DNA of 52,506 nucleotides from a virus: UHGV virus genome UHGV-0041832; one strand, 5' to 3'. Shown piece by piece: positions 43,652 to 52,506 of this stretch (position 1 is its first letter; each line of letters starts with the position of its first letter). The notes under the pieces were generated by a model. It saw only the letters and a program-made list of their open reading frames with translations, ran no database searches and was not told where the DNA came from. The position numbers and the translations under genes were made by a program.

Positions 43652-43807
43652 TTAGTTAAGTGCCTTCAGGAAGAAGTCCCGGTATTCATCTTCTTTCGCA
43701 TTCATCATGAATTGACCGTATTTGAATGCGTCGTCGAAACCCTTAACGATTGCTATTTCCACTTGTTCGAATGCGTTATTTAGCATTACTACTACATAGC
43801 GTTTCAT
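43652..43807 (-). CDS. Possible 51-aa partner protein upstream of 43380..43634 gene
   Basis: Hand-translated MKRYVVVMLNNAFEQVEIAIVKGFDDAFKYGQFMMNAKEDEYRDFFLKALN; strong SD GAAGGAGG; 17 nt from downstream gene start. Confidence 0.35.
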   Translation of the reverse strand: MKRYVVVMLNNAFEQVEIAIVKGFDDAFKYGQFMMNAKEDEYRDFFLKALN

Positions 43808-43917
43808 TTTGGGCCTCCTTCGTTGGTACTACTTTCTTCTTGCTTTCTATATACATCTTGTTGCGTGCTATGTGAAGCCATTTTGTAAACTAGCTATAAT
43901 CATTGTGACAATGATCT

Positions 43918-43943
43918 TATTTTTCGCGTAGAAGCGCGTAAAG
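43918..43943 (+). repeat. 23-nt exact repeat TTTTTCGCGTAGAAGCGCGTAAA (second copy at 31537-31560)
   Basis: Identical string upstream of portal gene and upstream of tail M gene; contains direct repeat CGCGTA-GAAG-CGCGTA. Confidence 0.85.
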
Positions 43944-43974
43944 ATATATACAAAATGTAACTTGTGGGGGTTTT

Positions 43975-44328
43975 ATGCCGGAAGTGTTCAGATGGACGCC
44001 GCAAAGAAGCTACAGCGTGACCAGGAAGCCAGACGTATCTGTTGTTAAGCTGGGCGATGGTTATGAGCAAAGACAGGTAAAAGGTATCAATCCATTGCTT
44101 GATAGCTACACCCTGGTGTTTAAAGGCAGTAGCGCCGGATGTGGTGATGGTGGAAACGTAGCAATCCAGGCGGAAGCATTCTTGAGGGCGCGCGGCGCGG
44201 TCGAGGCTTTTTACTGGTCGCCGTCAATGGATAACGTGCAAAGGCTTTTTGTCTGTCGGCAATGGAGCATGACTAAAGACGGGCCTTTGTACACGCTAAA
44301 CGCAACGTTTGAGCAAGTTGTTGGCTAA
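43975..44328 (+). CDS. Minor tail protein M
   Basis: 117 aa, position and size as lambda M. Confidence 0.7.
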   Translation: MPEVFRWTPQRSYSVTRKPDVSVVKLGDGYEQRQVKGINPLLDSYTLVFKGSSAGCGDGGNVAIQAEAFLRARGAVEAFYWSPSMDNVQRLFVCRQWSMTKDGPLYTLNATFEQVVG

Positions 44329-44452
44329 TGGGGGTTGTTATTTTGTTAACTTCCCCTTCGTTTGAGTAAAATATACATATTGTAAAAACCACGATCAATC
44401 CATTTTGGTATGATTTAGCGTGACGCAGATCACAAAATGACAAGGTGAGAAA

Positions 44453-45157
44453 ATGCGCAATATTCCGAGAGAGATGATTATTGATTCCGTCGATGCCGGA
44501 GTTGGCGCGGTCATTGACTTATTTGAACTGGACCTTACTCCCCTGGGAGGCGAGGTTATCCGCTTCCATTCCGGCGCGAACGGCTATTACGGCCAGGTTA
44601 TCTGGAAGGGAGTAGCTTACAACAGCTACCCGATCGAGGCGACGGGCTTCGAAATGAAAAATGAGGGTGTTTATTCACGGCCTCAAATGGTTGTAGCCAA
44701 TATCGGCGGACTCATTACGGGGATGAACAACGATTTTAACGACCTTAGAGGAATGAAGGTTACGCGCCGCCAGGTGGAGGTGAAATATCTTGACGCCGTT
44801 AACTTCCCTAACGGTAATCCAGACGCAGATCCATCTATTGAGGCTGTATCTTTTTACGTCGTTGAAGCAATGAGCGAAGAAACAGCGGAACAGGTGCAGT
44901 ATGAACTGTCAACGCCAATTGATGCAGATAAAGCTGTCATCCCTGGGCGCACCATCCTTGCTGACGTTTGCCAGTGGCAATACAGAGGCGACGGGTGTAT
45001 GTACGCTGGCGGACCAGTAGCAAACGATAAAGACGAGCCGACAAGCGATCCTAAAGCCGACAGATGTAGCCACCGTCTGAGCGGTTGTCGTTTACGTTTC
45101 CCGCGTCCAAATCCGTTACCAATTTCCTGTTTCCCCGGTTCAAGTAAGGTGGGCTAA
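44453..45157 (+). CDS. Minor tail protein L
   Basis: 234 aa, Cys-rich C-terminus, gene order. Confidence 0.78.
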   Translation: MRNIPREMIIDSVDAGVGAVIDLFELDLTPLGGEVIRFHSGANGYYGQVIWKGVAYNSYPIEATGFEMKNEGVYSRPQMVVANIGGLITGMNNDFNDLRGMKVTRRQVEVKYLDAVNFPNGNPDADPSIEAVSFYVVEAMSEETAEQVQYELSTPIDADKAVIPGRTILADVCQWQYRGDGCMYAGGPVANDKDEPTSDPKADRCSHRLSGCRLRFPRPNPLPISCFPGSSKVG

Positions 45158-45159
45158 TT

Positions 45160-45891
45160 ATGGCACTTGAAGACAAAATGGTTCGCTACGCCGCAGCTCA
45201 CCCGCGTGAGGAAGTTTGCGGCCTGGTGATAAATAACGAATATTTTTACCCGTGCGCTAACGTATCTGAAACGCCATACAACAGCTTCAAAATTTCGCCG
45301 GACGATTACATCAAAGCTGACGAATTAGGCGTTATAACCGCCGTTTTTCACTCTCACGTTGATGATATTCCGGTATTGTCTGCGCTGGATCGACAACAAC
45401 AGGTTATTTCCGGCCTCCCGTGGCTTTTATGCTCCGGTGGCAGGGTTAGAAAATTCCGCCCGGTAGCGCACCTGTTAGGCCGAAAATTTGAGCACGGGAA
45501 AACAGACTGCTACGCGCTTTTCCGCGACGCATATCACCTTTGTGGCGTGGATCTACCGGACTTCGAGCGCCTTGATGGCTGGTGGCTTCGCGGTGAAAAC
45601 CTGTATTTAAAAAACTTGCCGCGAAACGGGTTTTATCAGGTTGATGCGCAAAGCATCCAGCCAGGTGACGTAATAATCAGGCAGCCGTTCAAAGGCGCTG
45701 ACCCATGCCACGCGATGATTTACCTGGGCGATAACACTGTTTTGCATCATGACAATGCCGGACTGTTAAGCCGCCGCGAGCAAATGCGGCCCGCTTATGT
45801 TCGACAAACGCATTCAATATGGAGATCTGATAAATGCTCAAATTTAGATTTACGGGCAATCTTCGAAGATATTACAGCAAAGTGTGTTTAA
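45160..45891 (+). CDS. Tail assembly protein K (MPN/JAMM + NlpC/P60 domains)
   Basis: 243 aa; JAMM-like FHSHVDD and C-terminal NlpC/P60 Cys/His context (GKTDCYALF...CHAMIYLG...HH). Confidence 0.82.
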   Translation: MALEDKMVRYAAAHPREEVCGLVINNEYFYPCANVSETPYNSFKISPDDYIKADELGVITAVFHSHVDDIPVLSALDRQQQVISGLPWLLCSGGRVRKFRPVAHLLGRKFEHGKTDCYALFRDAYHLCGVDLPDFERLDGWWLRGENLYLKNLPRNGFYQVDAQSIQPGDVIIRQPFKGADPCHAMIYLGDNTVLHHDNAGLLSRREQMRPAYVRQTHSIWRSDKCSNLDLRAIFEDITAKCV

Positions 45892-46364
45892 ACGTTGAAA
45901 CGCCAGCGCAAGGGCTTCGCTTATTGACCGCGCAGAATCAGGAATTCAAGAAGGCTTTTTTAAATACACCTTTGCGGTTACGGATTGCCGGGAAAGATTA
46001 TAACGAAAAGACGGCCCCGGCAGCGGTTAATAGTAAATACCCTGACGGAACTACCGTCATTATTGCGCCAGTAGTTGAAGGCGGTATTGCTGGGATTGGT
46101 GTTGTAGGCTGGATCCTGATTGGTGTTTCGGTGGTTAGCGTTGCGTTCTCAATCTTTATGTCCCGCAACATGAAGATAAAAACATCGGCAGAAAGCGCAC
46201 AAGATAACACCATAACGAACAACACCTACACCAGCATTGAAAACAAGGTGGGCCAGGGTAGACCAGTGCCAATACTATTAGGTGAAATGAAAATAGGTTC
46301 AAACGTCGGATCGTTAGGCATAGACACAAGCAACAATAGAGACGCCTTAGACGTTGTAAGTTAA
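45834..46364 (+). CDS. Tail assembly protein I
   Basis: 176 aa with hydrophobic central segment, between K and J. Confidence 0.7.
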   Translation: MLKFRFTGNLRRYYSKVCLNVETPAQGLRLLTAQNQEFKKAFLNTPLRLRIAGKDYNEKTAPAAVNSKYPDGTTVIIAPVVEGGIAGIGVVGWILIGVSVVSVAFSIFMSRNMKIKTSAESAQDNTITNNTYTSIENKVGQGRPVPILLGEMKIGSNVGSLGIDTSNNRDALDVVS

Positions 46365-46377
46365 CAGGAGAAAAACC

Positions 46378-49300
46378 ATGAGTAGCGGCGGCGGCAAAGC
46401 CAAAACACCAACATTATTGAACGATAACCTGTATCACAAACAGTTTTATCGTGTTTTAGATATTCTCAGCGAAGGGCCGATATACGGTCCGGTAAACCAG
46501 AAAGCGCCATTGAATGACGTGATGCTTAATGACACTCCTGTTACTGACGCAAACGGGAATACATCAATTCCGGGGATTAGTATAGCCTGGCGCAACGGCA
46601 CGGCTGACCAATCGCCGATTAATGGTTTTAACGCCATTGAGTCAACCGTTATTGTCAACGCAAAGGTAACTCACGACACACCAATAATCAGGACTGTTTC
46701 AGATCCAAACGTTACCCGCGTCAGGTTGAATCTTGGTGTTGATGCTCTCGTTCAGTCAGATGAAAAGGGCAATCAATATAATACATCCGTCATGTTGATG
46801 GTTGATGTTAAACCGTCATCATCTTCTACGTGGTCGCTGATTAAAGACATACACATTGGCCCTGGTAAACAAAGCGGTGAATACCTGGAAGCTCACATCA
46901 TTAAAGCGCCGGATGAAAAACCGTTTGATATTCGCGTTCGTCGCATAACACCAGACAGCAACGGCGATCTATTGCGGAATGATACGCGGTGGAGTAGTTA
47001 CAGCGAAATAATAGATGATAATCTGTCTTATCCTCATACCGCTGTAGCTGGCGCCGTAATTGACCATGATCAGTATACTGATACGCCTACCCGCACCTAT
47101 CACCTTCGCGGCCTGATTGTTGATGTGCCTGACAACTACAACCCTGAAACGCGCACATATTCAGGTTTATGGCTTGGTGGATTTAAAAAGGCGTATACCA
47201 ATAACCCTGCATGGCTTTTCCGGTATCTGGTTAAAAACGAGCGCTTTGGACTTGCTCGACATGCTGGTTACATTGATGTTGATGATGGCGCTTTGTACGT
47301 GCTTTCTCAATACTGCGATCAGTTGGTTGATGATGGCTATGGTGGCCTTGAACCTCGCATGACGCTTAACGCTTACATTACGGAGCAAATGAGCGCCCGC
47401 GACCTACTGGATAACATCGCAGGTATGTTCCGTGGTATCGCGTTATGGGACGGACAACGTCTTACCGTGATGATTGATGCGCCACAAGATCCAATCGCCA
47501 CCATCACAAATGCAAACGTCGTTGATGGCGCGTTTACTCGCTCAAGTATCGCACGCGCAGAATGCTACAACGCCGTGATCGTATCCTGGACTGACCCTGA
47601 AAACGGCTGGGAGCAATCAAAAGAATATGTCGCAGATGATAAACTAATCGCCCGTGATGGTTATAACGAAACCACGTTGGAGGCGTTCGGTTGCACTTCA
47701 CGCGGGCAAGCGCACCGCGCTGGTAAATGGCTGATCGAAACAGCGAAACGCGAGCCGTCAAAATTCACATTTAAAATGGCCCGTGACGCCATTCACTTTA
47801 CGCCGGGGGATATAATCGAGATCCTCGATAATAATCGCGCAGGCGCTCGTTTAGGCGGTCGCATCGTGGCGAACAATGGCAGAGCGATCACGGTCGACAA
47901 GGTTGATTCTGAATATATCGCGGCTGGCGACACCATCAGCTTACTTGATAGCGATGGTAAATTTAAAAAACACCAGATCATCGGAGTTAACGGGAACATT
48001 ATCACCCTTGCAGCCGCCCCGGCGTGGATTCGTAACGGCACTGTTTTTGCTGTATCAACCAACGCAGCAAAACCCGTTTTATGTCGAATCACCAGTGTAG
48101 CAGAAACAGAAAATAACAGCGTATACACCATCGAGGCCGCACAGCATGATCCACATAAGCAGGCCGTAGTCGATAATGGCGCAATCTTCGAGATCAATAA
48201 CGACACGCTTAATCACTTCCGCGTGCCGAACATTGAAAATCTGAAGGTGTTAAACGTTGGATCTGAAACGGTTCAATGTCGCGCAACATGGGAAACACAG
48301 ACGACAACGCGTCGCCTGACCTTTGAGATTCGCGTGTATAACGCCGAAGGCGCTGTAGTTAAAAGCTACGAAACCACGAATTACAGTTATGATTTTTATG
48401 GCATTGATGCTGGCAACTACTCATTAGGCATTCGCGGCAGAAATGACACGGGCATGAAGGGTGCGGAAAGCATTGTCGATCTGGTTATTGGCGCACCAGC
48501 GGCCCCAGTTGGCGTTAATTGGGTTCCCGGTGTATTCCAGGCTACAGTTTACCCGATCAGCAGAACAACGCTCACCACTGATACCAGTTACGAGTTTTAT
48601 TACTCAGGTGAAACGCAGATCACTGATCCGGCATCAATAACCACTAAAGCACAATATACCGGGCGTGGTCATCAGTGGACGTTTGGCGGCATGAATACAG
48701 GTCACACATATTACGTTTATGTGCGCGCGCGTAACGCTTTTGGTGTGTCTGACTTTGTGGAAGCGTCAGGTAAGCCAACAGAAAACTTTGATGAAATTAC
48801 CGATTACGTCACCAAAGACGTAATGAATTCCAAACAATTTAAAGAAATGGTTGGTGACATTAAAGATCTAGGCGACCGCACTGATCTTATCGAAAGCGCT
48901 ACGAATGACCTTAAAACTGCTACTGACAACCTCAAAACTGCAACTGATAATCTGACCAACATAACTGACGATTTAAGGACTGAAACTGACAACCTAACCA
49001 TAGAAACAGGATCAATAAAAGCTGATACTGATACGCTCAAAAAAGAAACGGAAGATCTTTATAAAAAAGTTAAGGAAAACGCCGATGATATTGGACAGCA
49101 TGAGTCGAGAATCGACTCGCTGGAGGTGTCTAGCGAAAAAGTTGGCAGCGAACTGGCGCAAGCAAAAGCAAGTCTGCAAAACGCCTCACTTGCTCTTATT
49201 AATAACTCGCTTGCACAGACTAACACTCGCGTAACTCTTACCGCTCAGTACAAGAAAGGCAGGACAGAGACGAAAGCGGAAATTGACCGCATTGACAACG

Positions 49301-51348
49301 TTATCGCTGAAGAGAAAAAAGCGACAGCGGAATCACTGGAAACCATCACGGCAGAAATGAATGTGATGGACACAAACCTTAAAGGTCAGATCTCTAATGT
49401 GCAACGCGCAGTAGCTGACGAGGCCAGCGCCCGCGCTGAAGCTATTAACGGTGTAAATGCCTCAATAAGCAATCTTGACAAGAAAACTGACGCCAGCGTA
49501 AACCGTCTTGATCAGGCAATTGCAGACGAAACAAGTGCGCGTACTCAGGCTATCAGCGACGTGAACGCAAGTATCTCAACACTTGACAAGAAAACTGACG
49601 CCAGCGTTAAGCGCCTCGATAATGCAATATCAGATGAAACGCAGGCAAGAAGCGACGCAATAACAGTGGTTAAAGCTGATTTAACAACGCTTGAAAATAA
49701 CACAAATGCCAGTGTTAGCCGTCTTGATCAAGCTATCGCTGATGAATCAAGCGCACGTGCTCAGGCGATATCAGGTATCAGCGCGACGCTTGGCGGCGTT
49801 AAAAGTGAGGTTGATAAAAACAGCGACGAGATAGATCAGGCGAAAGCAAGTCTGCAAAACGCATCTCTGGCGCTTATTAATAACTCAATGGCGCAAAGCA
49901 AGATGAGCACTGTTATTGAGGCGAAATACAGGAAAGGACAAACAAAAACAAAAGCGGAAATAGCAAGGGTAGACACAGCAATCGCAGATGAGGCGAGCGC
50001 ACGCGCAGAAGCTATTAGCAACGTTAACGCCAGCGTCAGTAGTCTTGAAAGCAAAACCGACGCGAGCGTTTCCCGTCTTGATAAAGCAATCGCAGATGAG
50101 GCGAGCGCACGCGCAGAAGCTATTAGCGGGGTTAATGCGTCAATTTCCACGCTCGATAGCAAGGTGACAAGCAACGTAACCAGGATGGATAAAGCGATCG
50201 CAGATGAGAAGAATGCACGCACTGACGCAATCAGCAGCCTTAACTCATCGCTTACCAGTACGATTAATTCGAAAGTATCCGAAGTGTCAACTGCACTTTC
50301 TACGCATGAAACATCAAGCGCGGAAAAATTTGGCCAGATCTCGGCATCTTTCGACGATGTAAACTCAAGCATCACGGAATGGTCACAGGCTATGGCAACG
50401 GCAGACGAGGCATTGTCAACCAGAATCGACCAGTTGAAAGTAACTATTAACGGAAACACAACGGCGATAGAAACGACATCAAAAGCACTGACTGACTTCA
50501 AAGGTAACGTTGATGCGTCATATTCAATTAAGATTGCCACTGATAAAAACGGTATGAAATACGCTACAGGAATGTCGCTCGGCCTTACTGGTAGCGGGAC
50601 TAACGTTCAATCGCAGTGTATTTTCCTCGTTGACCGTTTCGTGCTTATGACTGCGGCAGGTGGCTCCTATCAGACCCCGTTCTATGTTACTAACGGTGCT
50701 TGCTACATCCGTGATGCGTGGATCAGAGACGCATCAATCACTACCGCGAAGATTGCGCAGCAAATTCAGTCAACCAACTATAAAGCTGGTTCGGCTGGCT
50801 GGATGCTAAATAAAAACGGCAATGCGGAGTTCAACAACGTCACTGTACGCGGTACGGTGTACGCAACATCTGGTAAATTCACTGGTGAGATTCAGGCCAC
50901 AAGCGGGAAGTTTAAAGGTACAGTAGAGGCAAAGTCATTTGTCGGTGACGTTGCTAACATGGGGGTTGGTCCAGATCGAGTGCTTGGGCATAACGGAAGT
51001 TATAGCGCAACCATCACATATAAAGACAGCACGGATAATGCATTGACGAAATCAGTTATGCTTATGGCGACTATTTCATTAATGTCTGGTGAATATAGAT
51101 CCACTTATAACGTAACGTTTAGTTGCGGAGATAAAAACAAAACAATTTCATATTACGTGCCTTATGGTGGATGCACATTAACAGTGCAATGCGCTTTTTC
51201 TGGTTTAAAAGCATCAGATATTATCGGGAAAATATATTGTCCTCAAACATCATCATCTGAAGGATACGCATATTGTACCGCGTTGTATTCTCCAACAATG
51301 ATAGTAGCAAGAGGCACCGGATCATTTAGAACATCAACGACAGCATAA
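46378..51348 (+). CDS. Host specificity protein J (central tail fiber), extended by repeat-rich coiled-coil insert
   Basis: 1656 aa; N-terminal region collinear with lambda J from memory (DNLYHKQFYRVLDILSEGPIYGP...YHLRGLIVDVPDNYNPETRTYSG...AFGCTSRGQAHRAGKWLIET...); lambda J is about 1130 aa. Confidence 0.9.
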   Translation: MSSGGGKAKTPTLLNDNLYHKQFYRVLDILSEGPIYGPVNQKAPLNDVMLNDTPVTDANGNTSIPGISIAWRNGTADQSPINGFNAIESTVIVNAKVTHDTPIIRTVSDPNVTRVRLNLGVDALVQSDEKGNQYNTSVMLMVDVKPSSSSTWSLIKDIHIGPGKQSGEYLEAHIIKAPDEKPFDIRVRRITPDSNGDLLRNDTRWSSYSEIIDDNLSYPHTAVAGAVIDHDQYTDTPTRTYHLRGLIVDVPDNYNPETRTYSGLWLGGFKKAYTNNPAWLFRYLVKNERFGLARHAGYIDVDDGALYVLSQYCDQLVDDGYGGLEPRMTLNAYITEQMSARDLLDNIAGMFRGIALWDGQRLTVMIDAPQDPIATITNANVVDGAFTRSSIARAECYNAVIVSWTDPENGWEQSKEYVADDKLIARDGYNETTLEAFGCTSRGQAHRAGKWLIETAKREPSKFTFKMARDAIHFTPGDIIEILDNNRAGARLGGRIVANNGRAITVDKVDSEYIAAGDTISLLDSDGKFKKHQIIGVNGNIITLAAAPAWIRNGTVFAVSTNAAKPVLCRITSVAETENNSVYTIEAAQHDPHKQAVVDNGAIFEINNDTLNHFRVPNIENLKVLNVGSETVQCRATWETQTTTRRLTFEIRVYNAEGAVVKSYETTNYSYDFYGIDAGNYSLGIRGRNDTGMKGAESIVDLVIGAPAAPVGVNWVPGVFQATVYPISRTTLTTDTSYEFYYSGETQITDPASITTKAQYTGRGHQWTFGGMNTGHTYYVYVRARNAFGVSDFVEASGKPTENFDEITDYVTKDVMNSKQFKEMVGDIKDLGDRTDLIESATNDLKTATDNLKTATDNLTNITDDLRTETDNLTIETGSIKADTDTLKKETEDLYKKVKENADDIGQHESRIDSLEVSSEKVGSELAQAKASLQNASLALINNSLAQTNTRVTLTAQYKKGRTETKAEIDRIDNVIAEEKKATAESLETITAEMNVMDTNLKGQISNVQRAVADEASARAEAINGVNASISNLDKKTDASVNRLDQAIADETSARTQAISDVNASISTLDKKTDASVKRLDNAISDETQARSDAITVVKADLTTLENNTNASVSRLDQAIADESSARAQAISGISATLGGVKSEVDKNSDEIDQAKASLQNASLALINNSMAQSKMSTVIEAKYRKGQTKTKAEIARVDTAIADEASARAEAISNVNASVSSLESKTDASVSRLDKAIADEASARAEAISGVNASISTLDSKVTSNVTRMDKAIADEKNARTDAISSLNSSLTSTINSKVSEVSTALSTHETSSAEKFGQISASFDDVNSSITEWSQAMATADEALSTRIDQLKVTINGNTTAIETTSKALTDFKGNVDASYSIKIATDKNGMKYATGMSLGLTGSGTNVQSQCIFLVDRFVLMTAAGGSYQTPFYVTNGACYIRDAWIRDASITTAKIAQQIQSTNYKAGSAGWMLNKNGNAEFNNVTVRGTVYATSGKFTGEIQATSGKFKGTVEAKSFVGDVANMGVGPDRVLGHNGSYSATITYKDSTDNALTKSVMLMATISLMSGEYRSTYNVTFSCGDKNKTISYYVPYGGCTLTVQCAFSGLKASDIIGKIYCPQTSSSEGYAYCTALYSPTMIVARGTGSFRTSTTA
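49140..50260. repeat. Coding tandem repeats (~93 bp / 31 aa) and ~0.4-0.7 kb segmental duplication inside J
   Basis: Repeated AIADE(A/T)SARA(E/Q)AI...VNASIS(N/T)LD(K/S)KTDASV(N/S)RLD units; QAKASLQNASLALINNS(L/M)AQ occurs twice (about 49150 and 49840). Confidence 0.8.
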
Positions 51349-51353
51349 AAAAC

Positions 51354-51397
<44 letters not shown>

Positions 51398-51445
51398 NNN
51401 NNNNNNNNNNNNNNNNNNNNNNNNNNNNNNNNNNNNNNNNNNNNN

Positions 51446-51476
<31 letters not shown>

Positions 51477-51509
51477 GGAGCCACCCCCCCTTTTTTTTAT
51501 GCATTGTTT

Positions 51510-51755
51510 TTATTTTTTACACCCATCATTTACACCAGAAAAATGGATAGGTAAATTACATTCACTGTCAATAATTTTACCTTGTAGTTGTTTTTCTTTC
51601 CATGAGTCAGTATTGAAATAACTCGAACGTTGGTTATCAAGGCCAGTATCACCATATTGAGCAGTGCCAGCATCACTCTTATCTGTCGAATTTACAGAAG
51701 CAAAAGCACCAAAAGACAGAGCTGATAAGATGCAAGCAACAATTAGTTTTTTCAT
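51510..51755 (-). CDS. Small secreted protein (signal peptide), moron downstream of J
   Basis: MKKLIVACILSALSFGAFA signal peptide with AFA-S cleavage context; 81 aa; AAGGTGA SD; opposite strand. Confidence 0.55.
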   Translation of the reverse strand: MKKLIVACILSALSFGAFASVNSTDKSDAGTAQYGDTGLDNQRSSYFNTDSWKEKQLQGKIIDSECNLPIHFSGVNDGCKK

Positions 51756-51952
51756 TGTATTCACCTTACTGTTTGTTTTACTGTCATTTGTTGTTCGTGA
51801 TGATCCACCCATCCGATGAGCAAATCACCGCAGAAGCTATCATTTCGTATGTTGATATAGATCAAAAAATACATTATGTATAAGCCCAAAGTGTAACACA
51901 GATCACAAAATGGTAGAATTGTTTAGTTAATTAACAAAACGGAGTTATTGCG

Positions 51953-52506
51953 ATGATTTACACAACAGGCACTATAGCTGTTAGCGGAAACACAGTTACC
52001 GGGGCAGGGACTGAATTCAACGCCGCATTATCTCTGATCAGAGTGGGTTGCACTCTTATTGCCATTAGCGATCCGGTGCAGATTTTTTCAATCACAAAGG
52101 TAAAAAGCGCAACAAGTTTGTCGGTAACTCCTGCGGCAAGTCCGGCTATTCCGGCTGGAACTAAATTTAGCATCCTGCTTTCAGATTCGATCTCTGTGGA
52201 TGGTCTTGCTCAGGATGTCGCCGAAACACTGCGTTACTATCAGGGCAAAGAATCAGAAATAGCGGACGCAGTTGAATTTTTTAGCGACAACAAAGATGTG
52301 ATTTCAGCCTCAAAATTAGCATCACAATCAGCTACCACTGCAACCAACGCTGCAACAACAGCGACAAGCGCAGCCGATTCAGCTAAGACATACAGAGACG
52401 AAGCCCACGAATACGCCAATCAGACGGCGCAGCCTTACGCGTATGTTTTACAGCCGCTGCCGGATGTGTGGATGCCCTTTAATGATTCGCTGGATATGAT
52501 TACGGG
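51953..52506 (+). CDS. Side tail fiber protein, N-terminal part (runs off window)
   Basis: GGAG SD; Ser/Ala/Thr-rich segment SKLASQSATTATNAATTATSAADSAKTYRDEAHEYANQ typical of tail-fiber N-terminal regions; no stop before window end. Confidence 0.65.
   Translation, partial: MIYTTGTIAVSGNTVTGAGTEFNAALSLIRVGCTLIAISDPVQIFSITKVKSATSLSVTPAASPAIPAGTKFSILLSDSISVDGLAQDVAETLRYYQGKESEIADAVEFFSDNKDVISASKLASQSATTATNAATTATSAADSAKTYRDEAHEYANQTAQPYAYVLQPLPDVWMPFNDSLDMIT

Overview
This window is about 52.5 kb of a temperate lambdoid (P22/lambda-mosaic) siphovirus-type prophage, read from its integrase end through most of the tail module. All calls rest on reading the ORF translations and DNA by eye; no database search or computation was run. 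Layout: (1) a tyrosine integrase at the left edge (+), convergent with a leftward (minus-strand) early operon carrying an HTH protein, a replisome-organizer-like initiator, a DnaB helicase, a Bro-N antirepressor-like protein, NinB and an AlpA/Xis-like protein; (2) an immunity region with a LexA-like CI repressor (+); (3) a rightward operon with an N-like arginine-rich protein, Erf, SSB, many small genes, two putative DNA methyltransferases, NinG, RusA and a Q-like antiterminator; (4) a roughly 6.2 kb island of about 25 tightly packed small genes between the Q-like gene and the lysis cassette; (5) a pinholin-like holin, SAR endolysin and Rz/Rz1 spanins; (6) terminase, portal, head and lambda-like tail genes (tape measure, M, L, K, I, J) plus the start of a side tail fiber. 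The most unusual items are a tandem array of nine 20-34-codon single-helix micro-ORFs (28750-29488), the small-gene island with an apparent paralogous family, a dispersed 13-nt motif that often occurs as inverted pairs, opposite-strand moron cassettes inside the tail module, and a triple zinc-ribbon repeat protein with a T5orf172-like C-terminus. Three N-runs (10546-10651, 36639-36726, 51398-51445) are unresolved sequence, and ORF-track entries containing X are artefacts of them.
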